Source: Deltaproteobacteria bacterium (GTDB lineage Bacteria; Desulfobacterota; Desulfobacteria; Desulfobacterales; C00003060). From it: 53,943 nucleotides of DNA. Both the position numbers and the translations under genes were made by a program. Below the pieces are notes generated by a model that was not told the origin of the DNA, did no database searches, and saw only the letters and a list, made by a program, of their open reading frames with translations. Within the stretch, counting starts at the first letter, position 1, and each line of letters starts with the position of its first letter. Of the stretch, positions 43,545 through 51,175 are shown piece after piece. The DNA is taken from NCBI GenBank assembly GCA_019309815.1, contig JAFDFO010000005.1:1-53943 (forward strand). The letters run 5' to 3'.

Positions 43545-45494
43545 CTACTTTGCTTTTTCGGGTTTTGGTTGGGCTTGTTCAATTTGGGCAATCATTTCCT
43601 TGATCCTAGCGGCTTCCTGAGGGTCTTTTGTCAGACGCAAGGCATGTTCGAAACATCGTTTTGCCTCATCAGGCTTGTCGAGCAGACTTAAATAGAGGAT
43701 GCCCAGATTGTGGTATGCTTCCAAGAAGCCTGGTTCCAGCTCTATGACCTTTTCGTACTGACGTACCGCGCGGCCTACTTGCCCTGAGAGTGTATAGGCT
43801 CGGGCCAGGTTGAAAGAAGCTTCCTTGTGGTCCGGCTCCAACCGAACCACTATTTCAAACTCACTGATCGCCTTGAGGTACTCTCCTTTCTCGGCCAGCA
43901 TCAGGCCGAAGTTGTTTCGTGCACTTAGGTGGGATGGATTGATCGACAAGGCCTTCTGGAAGTCCTTGATGGCAAGATCGTTTTGCCCGAGGCGCACATA
44001 TGCCTCTCCTCGACCATAATAGGCGGACGCCTGATTAGGGTCCAGTTCGATAACCCTCTCAAACGCGGCAATGGCACGTTGGTAGCCCTTCTTGTGAAAA
44101 TATGCCACACCGACGTTTTGATGAGCTACAACATGTTCCGGTTTCAGAGCAATGGCTTGAGAAAGCTCAGCGAGAGCCTTGTCGTATTCTTCGATCTTTA
44201 TGTATGACGTTGCCAGGTTAGTCCGTGGACGGGCCTTGTGAGGAGATTTTCCTACGGTATCTTGCCAGAGTGTCAGGTCGTTTTGCCAGGTGCTGTTTCT
44301 CCGATATGCACTTACCGAGAAAATGAGGATCATGATGATCAATACCGTGGTGACTATTCTCACCCGTTTTTCCGAGATTACGAGTAATCCTACCAACACA
44401 AATACAAATCCTACTATAGGAAGATAGAGACGGTGTTCGAAGATAAAGTCAGGGAGCGGAACAATGGAAGAAGTTGGCAATAGGGTGACAAAGAACCAGA
44501 TGATCCCGAAAGCGATCAAGGGGGAAACCCTACGGACAAGAATTCCGAGGGCTACCACCGATATTATCAACAGAATGCTTGCCATCACCTCAGGTTCAAG
44601 CAATGACTCGGACAGGGGGAAGTCATAGTCAAGATTCTGTTCTACGGGGCACACCAACAGTCTTAGGTAGGTCACAATGACCTTTGTCTGAGTGAGAACA
44701 TAGGCGCCTGCGGGAGGGGGTTCATACAAGAGATTCTTGGTTACAAGGGGACTCATGTAGGCTAAGGCCGGGACAACGATCAGCAGGCAAAGGAAGGGGA
44801 GAGATCTCAGCATCACCCTGCTAAGTCTTTTTGAGAAGTTCTCGAAAAATACTATTTCGTACACGATAATCATAGCCGGCAGAGTGACCGCAGTTTCTTT
44901 GGTCATTGCGCATGCATAGGCTAAAAGACAGGAAATTACGTAGGAAGATGAAGGATCCAGCGAGAAGGACTGTCGCTCTCCATCACTGTCCAGTCGGAAT
45001 TTTACATACCAAGTGAGAGAGAGCAGATAGAAAAAAGCAGCCAGCGATTCCACTCTCTGCCAAACGTACGTTACAGCCTCGGTCTGAACCGGATGACTTA
45101 TGAAAATGAGCGCTGCCAGAAGGGCCAAGGCAGATTTGTGCTCAACAGGCTGATTCTTCAGGCGTGGGGTCCTGAGAGTTAGAAGAACGAGGCTGTAGCA
45201 GCAAATTGCAGACCCAATATGAATCATCAGATTAACGAGGTGATACCCTATGGTATTCCAGTGTCCGAAGAAGTAGTTGATGGCAAAGGTAAAAAATCCT
45301 ATCCATCGCGAAGGCGCAAAAACAACGATGCGGGCAAAGTTCAGAGGTTCTTTTAGGATGGGATTGTTCTGGATATAGATAAGGTCGTCAAAGACGAAAG
45401 GGACCCTCAGTGTGTTAGAATAGATGGCAGCACCCCAAATAGTTATACACACGATGGGAAGCCACTCAGTTTTTGATTCATACGTCTTCATCAT
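43545..45494 (-). CDS. TMTC-like membrane glycosyltransferase with C-terminal TPR repeats
   Basis: N-terminal VPFVFDDLIYIQNNP loop motif, about 10 TMs, then at least 6 TPR units (e.g. AIALKPEHVVAHQNVGVAYFHKKGYQRAIAAFERVIELDPNQASAYYGRGEAY). Confidence 0.75.
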   Translation of the reverse strand: MMKTYESKTEWLPIVCITIWGAAIYSNTLRVPFVFDDLIYIQNNPILKEPLNFARIVVFAPSRWIGFFTFAINYFFGHWNTIGYHLVNLMIHIGSAICCYSLVLLTLRTPRLKNQPVEHKSALALLAALIFISHPVQTEAVTYVWQRVESLAAFFYLLSLTWYVKFRLDSDGERQSFSLDPSSSYVISCLLAYACAMTKETAVTLPAMIIVYEIVFFENFSKRLSRVMLRSLPFLCLLIVVPALAYMSPLVTKNLLYEPPPAGAYVLTQTKVIVTYLRLLVCPVEQNLDYDFPLSESLLEPEVMASILLIISVVALGILVRRVSPLIAFGIIWFFVTLLPTSSIVPLPDFIFEHRLYLPIVGFVFVLVGLLVISEKRVRIVTTVLIIMILIFSVSAYRRNSTWQNDLTLWQDTVGKSPHKARPRTNLATSYIKIEEYDKALAELSQAIALKPEHVVAHQNVGVAYFHKKGYQRAIAAFERVIELDPNQASAYYGRGEAYVRLGQNDLAIKDFQKALSINPSHLSARNNFGLMLAEKGEYLKAISEFEIVVRLEPDHKEASFNLARAYTLSGQVGRAVRQYEKVIELEPGFLEAYHNLGILYLSLLDKPDEAKRCFEHALRLTKDPQEAARIKEMIAQIEQAQPKPEKAK

Positions 45495-45835
45495 ATCAAG
45501 GGAGGTAAATCAATGTTGACTCGTCAGGACAGACCAGTTTTGTCTGACTGGTTTTTTTGAACTGGACCGCCAGTACCGGATAGAACAGCGGGTCAACGAT
45601 AGTCTGAAAACGAGCTTTCACGACGTCTTCCCCGAATTCGAGATGCCTCCAGAGACAGGGTCGGCTGAGACAAAACAGAAGAAGTAGACAGCAGAGTTCA
45701 CCGGAAAGAGCTTCACGAATGGATGGAGTCGTTTGGTCTTCAGGCTCAACTTGAATCTACCGTCATTTTCTCGTCATGGCTGTGCCGATTCCCGGTATTC
45801 GCCCAAGATGCTTGTCTGTGCTCTCGTCTCAGCCC

Positions 45836-46696
45836 TTATTGGTTGAGAAGTGCTCTATGGTTCGTCAGCCGAATGTCCCTTTGTCTAACCAGTTCAAGAA
45901 CTTTGTCGTCTGTAAAGGCAGCAAGTTCTTCCTCCCTGAAAGACGGCCTGTCATAAATTAGACCAAGGGCGCCATCGTTGTAACCTGGGTGACACATCAG
46001 TTCATGGGTACCCGGTCTCAGAGATCTCAATATGTGAGTGAGATCATGAAGAGACATGGCTTCGCTGCAAGACAGGCCCCAGAAATGGTCGGTTGTGCTC
46101 AGTTTTGCCCGAACAACCCTTCTTCTCGACACCTTTCCAATCAAACCCAACACCAACAGGCCCCATCCTCTGATAGTAAGAAGCTGTCTTGCGCCGACCA
46201 GCTCGTCAGGGACTCGGACAAAGGGGACTTGGTGTTCTTGCATTAAGGTGAGCATCAACTTGAAAACGCGAGGAAGCATGTGCACGTGCTGATGGCTGTC
46301 CAGATGGCTGACCCTAAGACCAGCTTCCTGAACCTTCCTGATTTGTGCCGACATCTCGTCCTTAATGTCTTCTATGTGTACACGGTTCGCATAGATGCTT
46401 CTGATGACATGTACGTAGCTCCGTATGAATTCTCCCCCTTCAACGATTGGTGATAGTCTGTCATTTTTTGAACAAGGTTTTCCGACGGTAAGGGATAGGT
46501 GGACACCTATGTCCAAGTCGGGGTTCTCCTTCGCCAGTCCCACCGCATGCTGAAAGGCGGGCATGGTGGCAATCAGGCTTGCGGAAGTGATGATCCCGTT
46601 CTTGAACCCATCAGCAACACCCCTGTTGATGCCCTTGGTCAGTCCAAAATCATCAGCATTCACTATGAGCTTTGTCATGGGAGGTCTCTCAAACAA
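45836..46696 (-). CDS. YdjC/ChbG/HpnK/NaxD-family carbohydrate deacetylase
   Basis: LIVNADDFGLTKGINRGV N-terminal motif, HLDSHQHVH and 286 aa. Confidence 0.8.
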   Translation of the reverse strand: MFERPPMTKLIVNADDFGLTKGINRGVADGFKNGIITSASLIATMPAFQHAVGLAKENPDLDIGVHLSLTVGKPCSKNDRLSPIVEGGEFIRSYVHVIRSIYANRVHIEDIKDEMSAQIRKVQEAGLRVSHLDSHQHVHMLPRVFKLMLTLMQEHQVPFVRVPDELVGARQLLTIRGWGLLVLGLIGKVSRRRVVRAKLSTTDHFWGLSCSEAMSLHDLTHILRSLRPGTHELMCHPGYNDGALGLIYDRPSFREEELAAFTDDKVLELVRQRDIRLTNHRALLNQ

Positions 46697-46796
46697 TGCA
46701 AGAACCTATCTCAAAAACACGTTTAAGACGCCATGTTCCGGTTTTTTCGCCGCCTGTTCACTTAAGCCACAAACAAGCATGGAGAAACAAAAACAC

Positions 46797-46890
46797 CCGG
46801 AGTAATGGAGTACTGGAAAAGGATGAAAGAACAACTGCTTTTTCTTGTAACCACTACTCCAGTACTCCACTACTCCAATGTTTTTTCTGG
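46797..46890. repeat. Palindromic form of the TGGA/TCCA octamer repeat (18-bp stem, 42-nt loop) with flanking T-runs
   Basis: GGAGTAATGGAGTACTGG (46799-46816) pairs with CCAGTACTCCACTACTCC (46859-46876) with one mismatch. T6 follows on the + strand and T5 on the - strand. It lies inside the operon, between the radical SAM and deacetylase genes. Confidence 0.7.
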
Positions 46891-46939
46891 GTTCAGCAGT
46901 CGGGGCCCTAAAAGCTGATTCGCATCCTTGAGATGGGTT

Positions 46940-48379
46940 CTATGCAGTCAACTGGTACCGCAACATGGAATAAACTCCTACAGCGAGCTTTGCTACAGAT
47001 CCTGGTTTTCTCAAAGTCTTCAGGTAGCCCCACATTATTCTTGGCCTGAAGTAGAACTTTCTAAAGGCACGCTTGGCATAGACAACCAGCTCGTGTTTAG
47101 ACAGGCCCCTAGGGATAAAGACGGGATACCACATATTCATTTTCGACCAATCATCTTCAAGTTTTCCGTACGTCTCTACAGTTTCGTACAGCTCACATCC
47201 AGGCAAAGGCGTAAAGAAAGTCGTCTGGAAATCGTCGAGAGGCAATTCCAACATGAATCGAATGGTATCTTCCATTGTCTTCCGGGTCTCAAGAGGTGAA
47301 CCAATCATGAAAAAACCTTTTGTCTGGATTCCTGCTTGGCGGGTTATGGTCAAGGCGCTTCTTATCTGTTGCAGGGTGATGCCTTTTCTAAGCACATCCA
47401 GAATCTTTTGGTTGCCACTCTCTATTCCATATGCGATCTGCCAACATCCAGCCTCGGCCATGAGCTTTAGCGTTGCCATGTCCACGATGTCGACTCGCGC
47501 ATTACAAGCCCACGTCAGACCAAGCCCGGATGCCGACAGTAGTTCACAGAATTTGGCGAGTCTCGGTTTAAACATGATGAAATTGTCGTCATCGAACAAA
47601 ATGTCGCGAATGTGATATCTATCGTAGAGTTCCTTGACCATTTCAAACAGGTAGTCTGCACTAAAGCCTCGACAAACATTCCCGAAAACGGTCCTGTCGC
47701 AAAACGTGCACTTGCCGGAGCATCCCCTGGAAGTAATGAGAGATGTGGAAGGTAGTTGACTGTAACTGAGGGATACCGGTTTGTAGAAATGTCTTAGTTC
47801 CGGGAGTAAATCCCACGCCGGAATGGGCAACTCATCCAAGTTAGTGATAGGCTTTCTTTTCCTGTTTTGACAGATTCGATGGTTGTCCCTGAATAGAACA
47901 CCCTTGACACTGCTGAGGTCACCGCGAGCCCAAAGCGTGTGTAAGAGTTCAGTGATCGTGTGTTCGCCCTCACCGATGACACCCAAATCAAAACCACCGT
48001 ACAGTTCCATTGTGGGAACAGGGACTGCCGTTACATGTGGCCCCCCGATAATCACCTCTTTGGCAGAATCTCGCTGTTTTATCAGGTCGGCAATCCTGGC
48101 GGCACTCTGGATAGAAACCGTTGAGGCTGTGATTCCAATGACACGAGGATTATGTGAGAATACTTCTTGGACCACCTCGCTGTGACTTAATCCCAGAGGA
48201 CTGGAATCAACGATGGCGGTCGAGAATCCCTCATTGCGGCAGACAGAAGCCAGGTGACAAAGGCCCAACGGCGGTGCCAAGCTCCCGCTTGAAGAGAGTT
48301 TCCCGTATCTTTCTGTCAAGCTGATGGGCGGATTGATAAATACGATATCTGTCTCAGACATACTACTTGTCTTTCCCAA
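46940..48379 (-). CDS. B12-binding-domain radical SAM enzyme (HpnJ-like size and architecture)
   Basis: TSRGCSGKCTFC, an N-terminal B12-binding-like domain and 479 aa. Overlaps the upstream GT2 by 17 nt. Confidence 0.8.
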   Translation of the reverse strand: MGKTSSMSETDIVFINPPISLTERYGKLSSSGSLAPPLGLCHLASVCRNEGFSTAIVDSSPLGLSHSEVVQEVFSHNPRVIGITASTVSIQSAARIADLIKQRDSAKEVIIGGPHVTAVPVPTMELYGGFDLGVIGEGEHTITELLHTLWARGDLSSVKGVLFRDNHRICQNRKRKPITNLDELPIPAWDLLPELRHFYKPVSLSYSQLPSTSLITSRGCSGKCTFCDRTVFGNVCRGFSADYLFEMVKELYDRYHIRDILFDDDNFIMFKPRLAKFCELLSASGLGLTWACNARVDIVDMATLKLMAEAGCWQIAYGIESGNQKILDVLRKGITLQQIRSALTITRQAGIQTKGFFMIGSPLETRKTMEDTIRFMLELPLDDFQTTFFTPLPGCELYETVETYGKLEDDWSKMNMWYPVFIPRGLSKHELVVYAKRAFRKFYFRPRIMWGYLKTLRKPGSVAKLAVGVYSMLRYQLTA

Positions 48380-49142
48380 TACGGTAACGCCCCAGGATAT
48401 CGTTAAGGCGAATTTTGACTAAATCAAACAAGTAATACAGAGAATGAGGAAAGAGCCTGACCGATGACCGCTCCCCGTCATAATAAAAGGTCACAGGGAC
48501 TTCAACGTACCGATAACCAAGCTTTTCCGCGAGGAAAAGTATCTCGACATCGAAGCAGAAGCCCTTAATACGCTGCAACCGGAAAACTTCTGTCGCTGCT
48601 TCCCGGCGGAAGCATTTATAGCCGCACTGGGTGTCCGTGAATCTTGGGAGCACAATCATTTTGGTGAATAAGTTAAAGCTTAGCCCAACAAGATGGCGCA
48701 AATATACATAGGGCAAGTGCCTGGGGCTCATGACAAACCGCGAGCTGTTCAATCTTCTGTTGCCCACAGCGATGTCAAATTTACCTCCCAGCAAGGGGAC
48801 CAAGAAATCATTTAAGGATGACACAGCGTAAGCACCATCAGCGTCCATGACGAGTATGAACTTTCCTGAGGAGGCCATAATACCTTTTTTGACAGAGTAT
48901 CCTTTTCCTGAATTGCTACTATTCCGGATAATACGAATCGGGTAGGATTCATTGAACTGAACGAGTACCTTGTATGTGGAGTCCGTGCTTGCGTCGTCAA
49001 CCACTATGATCTCGGCGTTGTAGTTCTGCCGTTCCAAGTAATACTTGATGTCTTGGAGCAATACCCCTACGTTTGCCTCTTCATTAAATGCCGGGAGAAC
49101 CACGGATAGCAGAATGTCTTCGGATTCGGACTTCGCTTGCAT
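48363..49142 (-). CDS. GT2 polyprenyl-phosphate glycosyltransferase (Dpm1/ALG5/GtrB-like)
   Basis: LSVVLPAFNEEANV, VVDDASTDST, MDADG, TQCGYKCF and FDVEILF. Confidence 0.8.
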   Translation of the reverse strand: MQAKSESEDILLSVVLPAFNEEANVGVLLQDIKYYLERQNYNAEIIVVDDASTDSTYKVLVQFNESYPIRIIRNSSNSGKGYSVKKGIMASSGKFILVMDADGAYAVSSLNDFLVPLLGGKFDIAVGNRRLNSSRFVMSPRHLPYVYLRHLVGLSFNLFTKMIVLPRFTDTQCGYKCFRREAATEVFRLQRIKGFCFDVEILFLAEKLGYRYVEVPVTFYYDGERSSVRLFPHSLYYLFDLVKIRLNDILGRYRIGKDK

Positions 49143-49150
49143 GTCGTTGT

Positions 49151-49843
49151 TTATCTCGATGGAGAGTCGTTAGTTGTTTGACTCTTAGTACAGACCAGCA
49201 ATGTGTCTGCAAAGGGGGTCCTGTGCCACATGGGTAGGGCATCTACGAAGAAGCCAAGCCCTTCAAGGTAATTTGTCAATTCAGCGAAACTCCTGAAGCA
49301 AAGCATCTCTCCTTTGGTGAAGCCTGATCGTGTCATGATGGTTTCGTGGAATCTTGTAACGAAATGGCGAAATTTCTTGTCCTTGTTCGAGTCTCTCAGA
49401 AGAAGTCTTCCTCCGGGACCGATGCGTTCATAGCATTTCTTAAGTAGCCTGTTTTGGTCAGGCACGGGGAAATAGTGAAGTGTGTCAATGAGGAGTATGC
49501 AATTGCATCTGTCAAAGGTGTATTGGAGAAGGTCCGAATACTCAAAAGCCACGTTGTGAATATGTGCTGAAGCGAATTGTGCTGCCCGCAATCTCCGGTG
49601 TGAAATGTCAACCCCTCTTACCTGTCTTGCCTGTGATAGAAGCGCCAAATATACAGTGAGCATCCCAAAGCCACACCCCAGGTCCACTATCTGTCCGGAA
49701 GTGGGGACGTGCTTTTCCATGACTTGATAGGAAGAAAGGCGTAATCTGAGATAAACGAACAGGCGCTCCACCGGGCTGATAGGCGCATGCTTATAATGCC
49801 CGTATAGAGTCATTATGCTTGTCTGGCTGATCAATTTTTCCAT
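49151..49843 (-). CDS. Class I SAM-dependent methyltransferase
   Basis: IVDLGCGFGMLT motif I. Start placed at ATG 49843 (GGAG upstream); the track start 49921 is a TTG. Overlaps the upstream gene. Confidence 0.65.
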   Translation of the reverse strand: MEKLISQTSIMTLYGHYKHAPISPVERLFVYLRLRLSSYQVMEKHVPTSGQIVDLGCGFGMLTVYLALLSQARQVRGVDISHRRLRAAQFASAHIHNVAFEYSDLLQYTFDRCNCILLIDTLHYFPVPDQNRLLKKCYERIGPGGRLLLRDSNKDKKFRHFVTRFHETIMTRSGFTKGEMLCFRSFAELTNYLEGLGFFVDALPMWHRTPFADTLLVCTKSQTTNDSPSR

Positions 49844-51161
49844 GGGCTCCGTCTGAAGGATGTCTTGTTTCAATTGGAAAAGGTGCGAAGGCAAAATACA
49901 ACCAAAGAACCAATAGGGCAAAGAACTGAAGAGAAAAAATGTGTACCTGCGGTCCCCTCATGTAGATCGTGAAGATATCCATGTCCAGAAATTTGCCTGC
50001 TGGTAAAGGATACCAAACTGCAAGCATTCCGTAGGCAGCACCCAGGGGGAAGATCCACCTTGTGACTGGTTTGTTTTGGAAGAGTTCATGAACTAATACC
50101 GCAAGAGGAATCAACAGCATTACGAGATAAGGGGTCGATGTCATCTTACTCGTCAGCAGCATGGTCAGGACGACAAGGGAATACTCTCGCAGGTTCCGAT
50201 CATCCGAATGATCATATCTTTTGCGGGTTACGTAAAACAGAAAGAAAAGCATGAGCGCAGAGCTTACGAAAATGGCGATTTGGGCAGTGCCCGGACTGTT
50301 GAACATTCCCTTTGTCCATACCGAATGGACCAGGAATCGGCTGAAGAAGCCTGTCAGAGCATGATTGTCATGATAAGCGTTAAACAGATCCTGGTTCCCC
50401 ATAAACTTGAAGTACCAGACATAGAGGTCGACATCAAAAAAGAGCAAGGAATAGAGCGTGATCAATAACAACAGAATGAGCCCTGAAAAAAATGCCCTAT
50501 ATTGACGTTTCCACAACATGTAGGCCAACAGAAGCCCTGGGATGATCTTTATCATGGTTGCCAAGGCAAGGGCGATGCCCGCATAAACACCTTTATTTGC
50601 TCTGTAAAAATACAGTCCCGCGGCGATAAGAAAGAACAGGAGAGTGTTGCATTGCCCAACGAGGTAATCCATGAATAGTGGCGTGAAGTTCATACACACG
50701 AAGATCAGCGTTATCCATTCGACCCATGAGTATCGATCCTTGATGGCTTTTATCAGAAGAATGAGACCGAAGAAGAAAAAGATGTGGTTCAACAGAATCC
50801 AGAACAAGGACGCCTGCTTGAAACTGAGACAAGCCAATGGACTCAGAAGGATCACAAATCCGGGAGGATACACATAGGGATTGGGCCCCTTATAGTCGAA
50901 AATGCCTTCCTGGAAGAATCGGATCATGTGATCGTATATAGGCAGCCCGTGCTTGAACGCCATCGCCGCGTTGTAATAAGCCACAAAGTCGACTTTTTCG
51001 GTGGAAAGCGGGCGAAATAGACCGTTGTATAGGTAGTTAAATGCCGTAAATCCCAATAGGAGAAAAAACAGTATCCGCGCATGTTCCCACACCCACCTGT
51101 CCGAGGGATCTCTTGCAATCTCTATTCCGAAGATGGTCATTTTGTGCAATTCCGAGGTCAT
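49791..51161 (-). CDS. GT87/DUF2029-type polyprenyl-phosphate-sugar-dependent membrane glycosyltransferase (PimE-like)
   Basis: First-loop DFVAYYNAAMAFKHGLPIYD and about 11 TMs. Start uncertain (ATG 51161 or 51140); the track start 51383 would overlap the upstream gene by 200 nt. Confidence 0.65.
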   Translation of the reverse strand: MTSELHKMTIFGIEIARDPSDRWVWEHARILFFLLLGFTAFNYLYNGLFRPLSTEKVDFVAYYNAAMAFKHGLPIYDHMIRFFQEGIFDYKGPNPYVYPPGFVILLSPLACLSFKQASLFWILLNHIFFFFGLILLIKAIKDRYSWVEWITLIFVCMNFTPLFMDYLVGQCNTLLFFLIAAGLYFYRANKGVYAGIALALATMIKIIPGLLLAYMLWKRQYRAFFSGLILLLLITLYSLLFFDVDLYVWYFKFMGNQDLFNAYHDNHALTGFFSRFLVHSVWTKGMFNSPGTAQIAIFVSSALMLFFLFYVTRKRYDHSDDRNLREYSLVVLTMLLTSKMTSTPYLVMLLIPLAVLVHELFQNKPVTRWIFPLGAAYGMLAVWYPLPAGKFLDMDIFTIYMRGPQVHIFSLQFFALLVLWLYFAFAPFPIETRHPSDGAHGKIDQPDKHNDSIRAL

Positions 51162-51175
51162 TGGGAGAAACCGGG

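Noticed and set aside
45836-49142. A literal annotation of the GT2 / radical SAM / YdjC genes as hopanoid genes hpnI, hpnJ and hpnK.
   Set aside because: The GT2 is a 259-aa Dpm1/ALG5-type enzyme rather than an HpnI-like protein. No shc, hpnH or other hopanoid genes are in the window. It is kept only as an analogy in the findings.
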